A stretch of DNA of 64,000 nucleotides from an uncultured Eubacteriales bacterium (GCA_900544555.1 UQWD01000008.1:14021-78020), one strand, 5' to 3'. Shown: positions 42,951-53,882, counted from the first letter of the stretch. Translations and numbers: made by a program. The notes: a model not told the origin generated them from the letters alone.

Positions 42951-44267
42951 ATGGAAGTAACATTGCAACAGATGCTCAGCGCGCGGGACGCGCGCGTGGC
43001 TGAGCAGCGGCAGTTAGCCGCTAAATATGGCCTCCCGGTTGTCTGCTTGACCATGAACATAGCCGGGCCGGTTAAACGTACGCCGCTTTCGGTGATGGGC
43101 TTCTTGACCGGAGCGGAACGGATACGCGCTTCCCTTAAGGGGCGGATAAAGGCGGAACGCCTTTCGACCTGGCCCGCGACAGGATGCACGGGCTTTTTCC
43201 TGGTTGAGGGCAAAGCGGATGAAGTAAAAGGGTGCACGGTGGAAATTGAGGAAGCGGACGGGCTTGGGAGGCTTTTGGATATAGACGTTACAACCTGTGA
43301 AGGTGAAAAGCTTTCGCGAGCCGTACCCCGCCGCTGCCTTGTTTGCGGCGGCCCGGCGTTTGAATGCGCGAGGAGCCGCGCGCACGGTTTGCAGAAAGTT
43401 CTCGATATTACCCGGGAAATACTGCTTCACGCATGGACACAACGCATGGGCGCGCTGGCGCGCGGCGCGCTATTGGCGGAGGCCGAGGCAACGCCTAAGC
43501 CGGGCTTAGTGGACTTGAGCGGCGCTGGAGCGCATACGGATATGGATATTGATTCGTTTAGGGCAAGCGCAAACGCGCTGCACCCGTATTTTACACTGAT
43601 GTCGGAAACAGCAGCCGGGCTGTCGGCCGCAAGCGCAGGCGAAATCCTGTCCGCGCTCAGGCCGGTGGGGGTTGAAGCGCAAAAAGCGATGGAGAGGGCG
43701 ACCGGCGGGGTCAATACGCATAAGGGCGCGATTTATTCCATGGGTATACTGTGCGCGGCGTTGACAATAAGCGCTTTGACCGGCGCACACTGGCGCGAAT
43801 GGGCGCTCGCGCTCGGCAAGGAGGGCATGAAATGCCGCGCGGCCATAACGGTGAGCGGGCCAAGGTCAAACGGCGAAAGGCTGTACGCGCAATACGGCGT
43901 AGCGGGAATTATAGGTGAGGCCGCCGCGGGGTTCCCGCATCTAAATTACGGGCTTGAACGGCTGCGCATATATGAGGGGAAGGGCTTCAACGCGAACGAC
44001 CGCGCAGTATTAACCTTGCTCGACCTTATGGCCGTGATGGAGGATACGAACGTGATTCACAGGGGCGGGTTTGAAGGGCTGCAATATATGCGCGAAGGAT
44101 GCGCGCGGCTGATTATGCTCGGGGAAGAGGAGCGGTTGAGCCGGATGTGGGAGCTGGACGCTGAATTAACCGCGAGAAATATCAGCCCCGGCGGGTGCGC
44201 GGACATGCTTGCGCTTAGCCTGTTCGTAAAGCCCTGTCTGCCTTGCTTTGAGGAGGGTACGATTTAA
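42951..44267 (+). CDS. citXG: Fused holo-ACP synthase (CitX-like) / triphosphoribosyl-dephospho-CoA synthase (CitG-like)
   Basis: N-terminal LTMNIAGPVK (CitX-like); central TPKPGLVD with GAHTDMD (CitG/MdcB-like). Confidence 0.65.
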   Translation: MEVTLQQMLSARDARVAEQRQLAAKYGLPVVCLTMNIAGPVKRTPLSVMGFLTGAERIRASLKGRIKAERLSTWPATGCTGFFLVEGKADEVKGCTVEIEEADGLGRLLDIDVTTCEGEKLSRAVPRRCLVCGGPAFECARSRAHGLQKVLDITREILLHAWTQRMGALARGALLAEAEATPKPGLVDLSGAGAHTDMDIDSFRASANALHPYFTLMSETAAGLSAASAGEILSALRPVGVEAQKAMERATGGVNTHKGAIYSMGILCAALTISALTGAHWREWALALGKEGMKCRAAITVSGPRSNGERLYAQYGVAGIIGEAAAGFPHLNYGLERLRIYEGKGFNANDRAVLTLLDLMAVMEDTNVIHRGGFEGLQYMREGCARLIMLGEEERLSRMWELDAELTARNISPGGCADMLALSLFVKPCLPCFEEGTI

Positions 44268-44376
44268 GCGGTTAACGCGGCGGCGGTTGGCCGCCTTTAA
44301 TTGGCGGTCTTTGCCTGAGGCGGAATGCTGACGCGTATGATGCATATTATGACGCAACGCATTGAAGAAGAGGTCT

Positions 44377-45255
44377 ATGAAAGCTGGAATTATCGATATA
44401 GGAAGCAATACCATCCGATATATGGAAGCTTATTGGGATGGTCGCAAACTGTGCGCGGGGCACAAGAGCCTTTACGCTACGCGTCTGGCGGAAGGGATTA
44501 TCCATACGGGTAAACTTTCAGATGAGGCGGTAAACAGGAGTATAGGCGCGCTTAGGGAAATCATCCGCCGGTCGAACGGGACGACCCTGTACGCTTACGC
44601 CACTAGCGCAGTGCGGGACGCGGTGAACGGAAAGGATTTTGTAAAGCTTGTAAGAAAGTCGCTTGGGCTTGTCGTGGAAGTGTTAAGCGGGGAACGCGAA
44701 GGGCGGTACGCTTATATGGGCGCGGCGGGAGAAGGCGCCTTGATTGACATCGGCGGAGGCTCTACGCAGCTCGTAGACGGGGGCTTACGGCTCAGCTGGC
44801 CCCTTGGATGCGTGCGCGCGAAGGATTATGCTCAAACCGCCGGAGGCGGTCCGTTAGCGGTATGGAGAGAGCCGCTGAGGGAAGTAATGCTAAGCATTAT
44901 CCAGCCGTTTGAGATAGGCGGCCGGCGATTAACGGGCGTTGGCGGAACGATAACAACCCTTGCGGCGCTGGCTCTGGAGCTGAATCAGTTTAGCGCGTTA
45001 AATGTGCATGGGTATAGGCTTGATTTGGAAAGTATAAGGGAACTGATACGACGTTTGGATAATCTTGGTGCGAGCGGCCGCCGCGGCCATCCTCTTTTGG
45101 GAACGAGGCATGACGTTATCCTGCCGGGGGCTGTGATATTGGAATACCTGATGGAGCGTTTGGGCGCTAATGATATCCACGTAAGCGAATCGGATGGTAT
45201 GGAGGGGTATTTCATGCATATGGTTGCCGCGCGTGAAGGCGCGCTGCGGCCGTAA
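44377..45255 (+). CDS. Ppx/GppA family phosphatase
   Basis: MKAGIIDIGSNTIRY N-terminus. Confidence 0.7.
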   Translation: MKAGIIDIGSNTIRYMEAYWDGRKLCAGHKSLYATRLAEGIIHTGKLSDEAVNRSIGALREIIRRSNGTTLYAYATSAVRDAVNGKDFVKLVRKSLGLVVEVLSGEREGRYAYMGAAGEGALIDIGGGSTQLVDGGLRLSWPLGCVRAKDYAQTAGGGPLAVWREPLREVMLSIIQPFEIGGRRLTGVGGTITTLAALALELNQFSALNVHGYRLDLESIRELIRRLDNLGASGRRGHPLLGTRHDVILPGAVILEYLMERLGANDIHVSESDGMEGYFMHMVAAREGALRP

Positions 45256-45419
45256 CCTTCGCCAGGCTCCCGGTTTAGCGCCTAAAATCAAATCCGGCGA
45301 TGCGCAAATCCGTATATTGTATCGTTACAGCGCGTATAAGCCGCACGAATAAATCCCAGCCGGCGGGCATATAAAAACCAGCCGCAAGAGCAAGCCGTTT
45401 GTTCTTTCACAAACGCAAA

Positions 45420-45722
45420 CTATTTTGGCAGTATGAATTTAATATCCCCAGGCAAAACGTAACCTAAAACCTCACGTGCGTACTGCAGCATGAATTCCTC
45501 TGTTTTTGTATAGCCGATCATGGATTCAAGCCGCTGCTCTTCCTCAAGCAAAGCCTCATATTCTTGAAGCAACGCTTCATGCTGGCTCTGTATCTGGGCC
45601 AGCTTCTGTTCCTGAAAATATGCGATTACAGCGATAGCGCAAACCGCAAGCACGGTAAACGCCACAATAGCCGCTGGGAAAGCGCGGGCGCGCCTTTTTT
45701 TCTTTGACGGCATAAAACACAT
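45420..45722 (-). CDS. divIC: Septum formation initiator (FtsB/DivIC family)
   Basis: Single TM segment plus coiled coil; lies downstream of yabP-yabQ as in Bacillus. Confidence 0.55.
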   Translation of the reverse strand: MCFMPSKKKRRARAFPAAIVAFTVLAVCAIAVIAYFQEQKLAQIQSQHEALLQEYEALLEEEQRLESMIGYTKTEEFMLQYAREVLGYVLPGDIKFILPK

Positions 45723-45779
45723 CCAATTAACAGTTTAATTATTGTTATACATGAAAAAATTGAAAAGAACAAGTGTTTT

Positions 45780-46160
45780 TTATGGATAATTATGAGTGTT
45801 ATTTGTGCTATTCTCTAAACAATCCGAAGCGCGAGAGCCTTTTCGCTTATCCTCGCGCTTTTTAGTCCATTTTGAAAAGGTGCGCCGCACCGGCGCGCTT
45901 ACGAGCCGCTGATAGGAGAATACGCCTAAAAGCAAGCCCGCGATAGCGTACAAGCGAATGGAACCGCCGTTGATTACGAGCAGGGTAAGGGCCGCCATAG
46001 CGCCCGCGACCGCATAAAAGGCCGCGTCAATAAAGCCAATTATCCACCGGTTACGGAACGGCAGGCGCACAAGGCGGAACAAATCATAGGCGACCCCGAT
46101 TAACAGCCCGCCGTAGATTGCGCCCAGGAATATGGGCAGTTCATTGAGCGTATTGCTCAT
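45780..46160 (-). CDS. yabQ: Spore cortex biosynthesis protein YabQ
   Basis: Small 4-TM protein adjacent to yabP. Confidence 0.6.
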   Translation of the reverse strand: MSNTLNELPIFLGAIYGGLLIGVAYDLFRLVRLPFRNRWIIGFIDAAFYAVAGAMAALTLLVINGGSIRLYAIAGLLLGVFSYQRLVSAPVRRTFSKWTKKREDKRKGSRASDCLENSTNNTHNYP

Positions 46161-46454
46161 TTACTTGAACATGCGGGAAAACAGGCCTCCGCGTTCCTCC
46201 TGTTCCTCCGCGTACTCCAGCGCGATAACCTCGCCTTCAAGCGTAACCTGACCATCCTCCAGGTTTAGCTTTGTTACGTGCAGCTCATTGCCGTCTATCC
46301 TTAGCTCGCCTGCGTCCGTCATTAGCTGCACCTCCTGCTCGTTAAAGCTGATTACTTCCCTTACGCCGGTAACGCTCATCAACTGGCGGTTATCAATATG
46401 TATACAGTGAGTCCGAATTCTGAGCGCGCTGCTTTCCAGTGTGCGTTGATCCAT
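46161..46454 (-). CDS. yabP: Sporulation protein YabP
   Basis: YabP-like beta-rich sequence (...VTGVREVISFNEQEVQL...). Confidence 0.7.
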   Translation of the reverse strand: MDQRTLESSALRIRTHCIHIDNRQLMSVTGVREVISFNEQEVQLMTDAGELRIDGNELHVTKLNLEDGQVTLEGEVIALEYAEEQEERGGLFSRMFK

Positions 46455-46826
46455 ATGCGCGTTTCCTCCCTGATAGTGATAGTAGAATATATGCGCGTAA
46501 CATATCCTTCATGACCCGAATTAGAAGCGTATGCTTCAAGATGCTTAATTATGGATATAGCGCGCCCAAGCCTTGAACAGGGTTTGGAATTGTTGGCTGA
46601 GGCGTTAAACTTTGCTTGCGGATAGGGGCTCAAATTCACTGTTTCACCAACATAAAGACAAATCGATACCCGTGTTGTCTCTGATTATAATCTTTCTGGA
46701 TCAACTTACGTTTGCAATTAGGGAAAAAGGTGTCCTAAGGATGGGAACGCCTTCGCTGAAAAACAAACGGCCGGGACGTGAAACGCTCTTTCCGGCCCCG
46801 GCCCAATCATCGCTAATGCTCTTGCT

Positions 46827-48743
46827 TTATTTTACCCGATAGATGGTTATGCTGCCCTCGTCGTAGACGGTATCATAGTTATTCTCGAAGTAATCGACGT
46901 CGATACCCTGGAATTTGCCGCGTTCCGTGTCGCTTAAAAATACATAATCCACGCCGTATTCCTCATAGAGATTTTTGGATTGGGCGGGCTTAGTATACAT
47001 CGCGCTCAAATTATTCTGGCGGTCCTGATAGTTTACGCCATGGAAATAAAGGTATGTCCCCGTCCCAACGACAATATTTCTGCCCGTGAGCGAAGCCACG
47101 GCATTGTTGTGGTTGTTATACGTCAAAAAAACCGCGTCGGGCTCTGTATTTTCCTTTATGAACTCCGCCGCCGCTACCTGTTCCGCGTCAAACAGCAGGT
47201 ACTCGCTTCTATACTCGCGCATGAGCGTAAGCGTTCCGGAAAGGAACAGTGAAACAAGAACAATCCCAATCAGTATACGCTGAGCGATACGCGAGCCTAA
47301 TGTTGTAATCTGTTTCATCCGCGCGCCCGCATCAACGTTGCGATCGTAAAGGTGCATAAGATAGCTGGAAACTATGCCGACCGTCATGGCGAACCAGATG
47401 AATAGCAGCTTATTATTGTCATAGGGATTGGGCTGAAATTGAATAGTCTCCGCGAGTGCCCACAGCGCAAGCGCGCCGCCGTAGAAAATTTTATCCTGCT
47501 TTTTGATATAGCAAAAAGCGCTCGGCATAAGCAGGAAGATTAGGCCAAGGTTTTTAATATAAAACCATATGAAGCTGTCGCTCTCGTTCGCCCAATTCCA
47601 ATTAAATTTCAAAAAGCTTTCGGACTGCTTGAACGTGAACAGGAAAAGCTGCGGGGCCGCGAGCGCCACGGCAATACAGCCGTACCCCAGGAAATAGATA
47701 AGCGATTTTTTTTCTTTGGAGCGAATGCATTCAACAACAAATAAAAACGCTGAAACAACGCCCAGCGCAAGAAAGGAATGCGTATGCACGAGCGGGAGGC
47801 AGCCGGCAAGTATACCGAGCGGTATCATCAGGCGCTTCTCGCCTTCCATCACAAAGCGGTACAGCATTTGCAGGCAAGGGAAAAGCAGCGCCCAGCCAAA
47901 GAGCGTCGCGCGCTGCGGTATCACCATATCCGCGATGGCGTTCACCCATCTTAGACCCTCCGCCGGGAAGTTCGTGGGCGTTTGATAGAACGCCTCAAAA
48001 AGGTTGGCGAGCCGCGAAGGATCCAACTGCGCGTTATTGAGGAAATAGGAGAAACCGAACCCGCCGCCGATGAAGAACAGCAGCGTGGCGAGCACGACGC
48101 TCCCCCTCCGCTTAAGCCAAGTTTCAAAAAACATATACACGCCTAAAAGCAATAATATGTAGGCCAAGATCGCGGGGAGCATGGTCGCCACGCTAAGGTC
48201 CGCGCCCAGCACATAAAAAGTGGAGCTTATGCTGTCGGACAGAAAAGGATACCCTATAGCGGTGTCGGGAAGAATGGAATACATGGGCGGGAACGTCCCC
48301 TGAACCGCTATGCTGGTGATGAACCCCAGGTGCATGGCTAAATCCCCATACGTGCTTTGCCCGACATAAAGCGCGCCGTCGCGCGGTACTAATGTATGCG
48401 TGTAAAAAAGGATGATTCCGATAACCGCCAATGGCAGCAGCGTATACAATACGGGCTTTTCCTTAACCCAGGGCGCCTTTGCGGCCTCCTTTTTCCTTGC
48501 GGCAATGTAACACATGCCGGCGGCGATAACAGCGGCGGCTAACGCTAAAAGATTGGTTAAAATCGTAAACCGGCCGAAGGCGAAGGAGAAGAGGGCGGGC
48601 AGCCAAAGCAGCATCGCTAGGCCGAAAACTCCTCCCAGCCACATCCTCCTTAAAGGGCGGCAGTCAGGAAAGACAAGCCGCGCAACGCATAAGCCACACC
48701 CGACAAACACGATTAGATACAGGGTTGCAAGCAAATTATACAT
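46827..48743 (-). CDS. Large polytopic membrane protein (GT-C / YfhO-like glycosyltransferase-type topology), function unknown
   Basis: 638 aa, more than 12 TM segments, C-terminal soluble domain. Confidence 0.35.
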   Translation of the reverse strand: MYNLLATLYLIVFVGCGLCVARLVFPDCRPLRRMWLGGVFGLAMLLWLPALFSFAFGRFTILTNLLALAAAVIAAGMCYIAARKKEAAKAPWVKEKPVLYTLLPLAVIGIILFYTHTLVPRDGALYVGQSTYGDLAMHLGFITSIAVQGTFPPMYSILPDTAIGYPFLSDSISSTFYVLGADLSVATMLPAILAYILLLLGVYMFFETWLKRRGSVVLATLLFFIGGGFGFSYFLNNAQLDPSRLANLFEAFYQTPTNFPAEGLRWVNAIADMVIPQRATLFGWALLFPCLQMLYRFVMEGEKRLMIPLGILAGCLPLVHTHSFLALGVVSAFLFVVECIRSKEKKSLIYFLGYGCIAVALAAPQLFLFTFKQSESFLKFNWNWANESDSFIWFYIKNLGLIFLLMPSAFCYIKKQDKIFYGGALALWALAETIQFQPNPYDNNKLLFIWFAMTVGIVSSYLMHLYDRNVDAGARMKQITTLGSRIAQRILIGIVLVSLFLSGTLTLMREYRSEYLLFDAEQVAAAEFIKENTEPDAVFLTYNNHNNAVASLTGRNIVVGTGTYLYFHGVNYQDRQNNLSAMYTKPAQSKNLYEEYGVDYVFLSDTERGKFQGIDVDYFENNYDTVYDEGSITIYRVK

Positions 48744-48987
48744 ATGAACGCCTCCTACTTAAGCTCTAAACTGAGCGCCTCAGTCCATGCGCGCGCCAAT
48801 ATAAACGGGTCTGCGCTTATCGCCCCATTCGGCAAGCAAGCGGTTTAAAATAGGCGGGAAGCCGCCGGCACGCCGGATGATTTATGACCACAGTTGTGAT
48901 TTGCCGTCGTCTCGGCCGTTCGCCCGGCAGCTAAACGATCGCGATCTTTTTAACGCTTCCCCGGCCGTTTTAAAGCGGTTACGCTTC

Positions 48988-49656
48988 TCAGGCGGCATTT
49001 TGCGCCGCGCCGTACAGGAAACGCTCCAGCGGTTTACTAAACGCCCTGCCGGCGAGCTTAACAAGAAAGCCCACCCCTATGGCGGAAATCACGGTACCTT
49101 CCCTTACGCTTATCAGTTCGCCAAGGGAAATGAGTGAAATGGCGGCGGATATCAAGACGAGCGCGCTATCAAAAGCGATTTTGATCTTCCAAAAGGGGAA
49201 CCGGGTTTTACGCTCCGCCGCCTGTATCAGGCCTTCCCCCGGCAGCGGCATGATGCGCGCGCAAAGATATAAAAACAGGCCGAGCGCTATTAACGCCATG
49301 CTCAACGCCAGCAGCAGCATGCGGGCGCCATAGGCTTGAGGTGAAGGTACGGCCTGCGTTACCAGTCCCGCGAACGTGACAAGATAGCCGAATAAGGTGG
49401 AGCAGAGAATTTGCAGCAGATTCCTCAGCTGAAAATCCCTGCGGAGTATCAAGAGCTGAAGCAGTATAAAAACGACAAATACGAGGGTGGTAAGAACGCC
49501 CAGATCCACCCCCGTCGCAAGGCTGAGCGCATAAGGCACGCAGCTTACGGGCGATACGCCAAGATTTGATTTAACGGAAAAAGAGATACCAAACGCAATC
49601 AAGCACAGCCCAACCACATAAACAACCGCTCTTTTTAAGTATGCCGTAAATTTCAT
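48988..49656 (-). CDS. YitT/DUF161 family membrane protein
   Basis: MKFTAYLKRAVVYVVGLCLIAFGISF N-terminus; start preceded by GGGAG. Confidence 0.6.
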   Translation of the reverse strand: MKFTAYLKRAVVYVVGLCLIAFGISFSVKSNLGVSPVSCVPYALSLATGVDLGVLTTLVFVVFILLQLLILRRDFQLRNLLQILCSTLFGYLVTFAGLVTQAVPSPQAYGARMLLLALSMALIALGLFLYLCARIMPLPGEGLIQAAERKTRFPFWKIKIAFDSALVLISAAISLISLGELISVREGTVISAIGVGFLVKLAGRAFSKPLERFLYGAAQNAA

Positions 49657-49790
49657 ATCGGCTCCCACTATAAAAGTATAAAAGACTTTACATATCTGCG
49701 GCCCGCTCAGAGACGCACATACTACGGCGTCGGGCTAATCCCGAAACAGCCGCCGGGCCGCGATTCATCGGCCGGGAAGAACATGATTGC

Positions 49791-50828
49791 CTAACGCGCA
49801 TATGCGCATAAAAGCTTAAAGGTATTGACAAGGCCGTTGATATGCGTCCTTTCATACCCGTGCGAGGCGGTAACGCCGGGGCCGATAAGCCCGTGCCTTA
49901 CATCGAATCCCGCCCTTAAAGCCGCGTTCGCGTCGGAACCATAGCGCGGGAGATACATATCGATTTCATAATCCGCACCGGCATCTTGCGCCGCCTGCGC
50001 CAGCCGCGTCACCATATCGTAATGGTACGGAAAACTCGCGTCCTTCGCGCAGATAGAAACCTTTTTTTCATCCGAGTACCCAAACGGGCCGCAGCAGGCG
50101 ACGTCGAGCGCAAGCACTTCCGAGTCGCTTTGCGAAACGCCGCAGCTCCCGCCGTGTCCTATCTCCTCATACATGGAGAAATGGGCGGTCACGCTCCTTG
50201 AAAGGGAAACGCCCTCCTCCTTTATGTATTTAAGGTAGGCAAGCAATACCGCGACAAGAGCTTTATCGTCAATAAACCGGCTTTTGATATAACCGGAATC
50301 TGTAATAATAAGATCGGGCGACGGCGCGATGAAATCCCCGCACCTTATGCCGAGCGCGCGGACCTGCTCCGCCGTGGCGACGTCTTCATCAAGGTACAAA
50401 AAGAGGTTTTTATCATAATCCGGCGTGTCTAAGCGCTCGCCTTCCATCATGCGGTGAGTACAGCCGTTATGCCTGCGCATCGTACCCGTATAGGATTTGC
50501 CGCTCCTCGTATATAGGCGCACGTTTACATTATCGCAATAGATGGGAAGCAGGCCGCCGACCGGCGCAACGCGTATGGAGCCATCGGCGTTGACGTACCG
50601 CGCCATCAACCCGATATCGTCCGCGTGGGCCATAACCACAAGGCCGCTGCCATATCCGCCCGCATGCGCGATAACGCCGCCTTTATTCATCAGCTCAGGC
50701 TCGTATCCCATGCGCGAGATCTCTTTGGCCAGATAGGTTTCTATCTCTCTGTAAAAACCGGTTGTGCTGTCGATTTTAAGCAGGCGTTTAAGCTGTTCCA
50801 TCATATATTCACGGTATTGCGGCTTCAT
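49791..50828 (-). CDS. M42 family aminopeptidase/endoglucanase-like
   Basis: 345 aa M42-like sequence. Confidence 0.7.
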   Translation of the reverse strand: MKPQYREYMMEQLKRLLKIDSTTGFYREIETYLAKEISRMGYEPELMNKGGVIAHAGGYGSGLVVMAHADDIGLMARYVNADGSIRVAPVGGLLPIYCDNVNVRLYTRSGKSYTGTMRRHNGCTHRMMEGERLDTPDYDKNLFLYLDEDVATAEQVRALGIRCGDFIAPSPDLIITDSGYIKSRFIDDKALVAVLLAYLKYIKEEGVSLSRSVTAHFSMYEEIGHGGSCGVSQSDSEVLALDVACCGPFGYSDEKKVSICAKDASFPYHYDMVTRLAQAAQDAGADYEIDMYLPRYGSDANAALRAGFDVRHGLIGPGVTASHGYERTHINGLVNTFKLLCAYAR

Positions 50829-50859
50829 ATGGCTGTTCTCCTTTACTTAACGGTTTCCT

Positions 50860-51387
50860 TTAATAAACATCTATCTGGCAAGACAGCATCGTTTCAAGCG
50901 CGGCGTCGTGCTTAGCGGGGGAGGTTCCGGCGCAGCATGAGCCGTCAACTAAAATCAGCGCGTCAGGAAAAGCGGCCTTAAGAATAAGCGCGTTGGAAAC
51001 CACGCAAATATCGGTGCATACTCCACACAGCTCGATTTGCGTTATATCGCTGAACTCATCCTTGAGTTCCATCGCAAGGCGGAGCGAGCCGAACGCGTTT
51101 TTTTCAACCCGCCGCATGGTTTTTGCCGCGCACGCTTCAATATCCGAATTTAAGCGCCAACCCTCGGAGCCGCGTATGCAATGCGCTACGGGCAGGCGTA
51201 CGCCCTCGTTGGTTTTGAGGTAATCGCCGCCGTGCGTGTCCATTGTAAACCAGACTGCGCGCCCCTCTCGAGCGGCGTTTTTTATTTTTTCCGCAACCAG
51301 CGGCACAATAGCCCGCGCCTGCGGCGAACCGAGCGGCCCGGTTATGAAATCATTTTGCATGTCGACAACGATCACAATACTTTTCAT
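50860..51387 (-). CDS. Isochorismatase-family cysteine hydrolase
   Basis: MKSIVIVVDMQNDF N-terminus; start moved to an ATG with an RBS. Confidence 0.65.
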   Translation of the reverse strand: MKSIVIVVDMQNDFITGPLGSPQARAIVPLVAEKIKNAAREGRAVWFTMDTHGGDYLKTNEGVRLPVAHCIRGSEGWRLNSDIEACAAKTMRRVEKNAFGSLRLAMELKDEFSDITQIELCGVCTDICVVSNALILKAAFPDALILVDGSCCAGTSPAKHDAALETMLSCQIDVY

Positions 51388-51400
51388 ACATACCACCGCC

Positions 51401-52780
51401 TTAATATATCGGGTATCCAAGCACAAACATACCCATAAAAACCACGTAGCATACGACGAGCAACGCGGATACGACCCAATCCACGGCTTTCTTTTTCGTC
51501 AAATCCGCAATTACAAAAGCGAGCGGGAAAGCGGCAGCCAGATACCGAGGCGCTGAGAGCAGCCAGGTCGCGCCGATTGTCATGACGAAGTATACGAGAA
51601 AATACGCCGTATAGGAAGGCCTGAGCTTCTTTGCGCCTTTTAGCATTATTCCGAGCGAGCCGAAAACCGCTATCAGGTTGGGCAGCCACAGCCCGAAGAG
51701 CTGGCCCCAATTTCCGCCGGCGGCGGCCTTAAACGCATAATCCATCTGGTATGCGGCCGTATTGAAAAATAAGCCGAACCGCTGATGCCAGTTTTCCCAT
51801 TGATAGATCATGAACTGGAACGGGTTTCCGGATACCGTGTAGTTAACAAACAGGTATCCGATAAGCCCAAGCGGTATTAAGAACAGGCAAGCGCCCCGCC
51901 CCCACAGCCGGCGGAGGAAGAGGGGCTTGTCCCCGGCGCGGCGCGTCTGAACAAGTTCCCTGACATACTCCATAAATACCGGAACCGCGAGCAGTACGCC
52001 GGGAGAACGCGTAAAAGCCGCGAGCCCGCCCGCGAGGCATCCCCAAAGGTATCGTTTTTTTCGTATCAGGTAGATGCATAACAGGCACAAAAAAACAAAC
52101 AGGCTTTCGGACATGGGCGCTGCAAAAAAGAACGCGCCGGGCAGCAAAAACAGATAGCGCGTCATCCTGAGCGCGCCCGCCCTGTCCATATCAATCGCCG
52201 CCAGCTCGTAAGCCGCAATCGCCGCGCCGATGGAAAAGAGGTTGCTGACCACCATCGCCGAAGCGAACGTATTGCCTATGAACAGATTAAAAAAGCTGAT
52301 GATTATCGGATAGAGTGGGAAGAAAACGAGATGAAGCCGTGCGTCGCCTTGCGTCTGGTACCAGTTTTGCGCAATCCCGATATAGTGCGGCGCATCGGTT
52401 CGGACCCACATTCTTTCCATCGCGTTGAAAAGGCCGCCGGAGTATCCGTTCGCTATCGTATAAACGCAGTATGCCGCGATATAAACGGCGATTCTTGTGA
52501 GGATTACCCATATAATGATATTTAGCCACGGATGCCTCCGGGAACCGCGCAGGCTGCGTTCGCCCAACTCCGCATCCGGAGCCGGCGGTTCCGATGAGGT
52601 GAAAAAGGGCTTGAGACCGGGTACCGCGCGCGCTACGCACAGCGCAAACAATACGAGCGACAGTATGCCGGAGCAATAGTTCGCAAGCGGCTGGGCCTTT
52701 TCAGTGAACGCCCAAAACCCGAACAGCGCGACCAGCAAAGCCAGTACGGCGCCTAAAATGATTGTCTCCCACTTCTTCAT
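51401..52780 (-). CDS. Polytopic membrane protein (GT-C-like mannosyltransferase-type), function unknown
   Basis: 459 aa, about 11 TM segments. Confidence 0.35.
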   Translation of the reverse strand: MKKWETIILGAVLALLVALFGFWAFTEKAQPLANYCSGILSLVLFALCVARAVPGLKPFFTSSEPPAPDAELGERSLRGSRRHPWLNIIIWVILTRIAVYIAAYCVYTIANGYSGGLFNAMERMWVRTDAPHYIGIAQNWYQTQGDARLHLVFFPLYPIIISFFNLFIGNTFASAMVVSNLFSIGAAIAAYELAAIDMDRAGALRMTRYLFLLPGAFFFAAPMSESLFVFLCLLCIYLIRKKRYLWGCLAGGLAAFTRSPGVLLAVPVFMEYVRELVQTRRAGDKPLFLRRLWGRGACLFLIPLGLIGYLFVNYTVSGNPFQFMIYQWENWHQRFGLFFNTAAYQMDYAFKAAAGGNWGQLFGLWLPNLIAVFGSLGIMLKGAKKLRPSYTAYFLVYFVMTIGATWLLSAPRYLAAAFPLAFVIADLTKKKAVDWVVSALLVVCYVVFMGMFVLGYPIY

Positions 52781-52940
52781 AAACCCGATTATAGCAGAAT
52801 GTGGTTAAGAAAAAAAGAACATATACGCCGCAAAGAATATATAAACGCTCTACCCGCGTTGACAGCGCTTTTACTTTTTGATACATTCAAAGCCAATCGC
52901 TACGGGATAATTTATGGAATCTTATGGAGGACCCTTTACT

Positions 52941-53882
52941 ATGGAAAAAATCGTTATCGCACTGGGCGGAAACGCGCTTCAGGAGGGGAAAGGCCCGGCA
53001 ACGGCGGAGGCCCAGCTGAAGGTCGTTGAAAAAACATCGGAATATATTGCCGGTATCATACAAGCCGGTTACAGTGTTGCCCTCGCCCACGGCAACGGGC
53101 CGCAGGTGGGGCGCATCGTCATTCAAAACGAGCATGCGGACGCTTTAACGCCCGCCATGCCTTTCGACGTATGCGGCGCGATGAGCCAGGGAATGATTGG
53201 CTACCATATCCAGCAGGCGCTCAGGCGCGCGCTTGAGGCGCGCGGTATAGCAAAGGACGTCGTATCACTGGTAACGCAGGTGGTGGTAAGCGCCGACGAT
53301 CCTGCGTTTGAAAACCCGGAAAAACCCATAGGGCCGTTTTACAGCTTGGATGAAGCGCGACGGATGGAGCAGGACAAGGGGTATGTGATGAAGGAGGATT
53401 CCGGGCGCGGGTGGCGGCGCGTCGTGGCTTCCCCGAATCCCACCCGTATAGTCGAGCTCGCGGCGGTTAAAACGCTGATGGACAGCGGCTTTGTAGTCGT
53501 TACGGTTGGCGGCGGCGGCATCCCCGTGATAGAACAGGAGGACGGCACGCTCAAAGGCGCCGCTGCAGTAATCGATAAGGATCTTGCGTCTGAACGCCTC
53601 GGCGAGGATATCGGGGCCGATATTCTTCTGATTCTTACGGCGGTAGAAAAGGTTTGCATACGTTTCGGCAAGCCTGATGAAACGGCGCTCAGCCGCATTA
53701 CGGCGGCAGAGGCCATGATGTATATGGAAGAAGGGCATTTCGCCCCCGGCTCCATGAAACCGAAAATTGAGGCGGCCGTCCGCTTTGCGTGTTCCCGGCC
53801 CGGGCGCACGGCCATTATCACCTCGCTGGATAAGGCGGCCGAAGCACTCAAAGGGCTGGCGGGAACCGCTATTACGCAATAG
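52941..53882 (+). CDS. arcC: Carbamate kinase
   Basis: MEKIVIALGGNAL N-terminus. Confidence 0.8.
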   Translation: MEKIVIALGGNALQEGKGPATAEAQLKVVEKTSEYIAGIIQAGYSVALAHGNGPQVGRIVIQNEHADALTPAMPFDVCGAMSQGMIGYHIQQALRRALEARGIAKDVVSLVTQVVVSADDPAFENPEKPIGPFYSLDEARRMEQDKGYVMKEDSGRGWRRVVASPNPTRIVELAAVKTLMDSGFVVVTVGGGGIPVIEQEDGTLKGAAAVIDKDLASERLGEDIGADILLILTAVEKVCIRFGKPDETALSRITAAEAMMYMEEGHFAPGSMKPKIEAAVRFACSRPGRTAIITSLDKAAEALKGLAGTAITQ

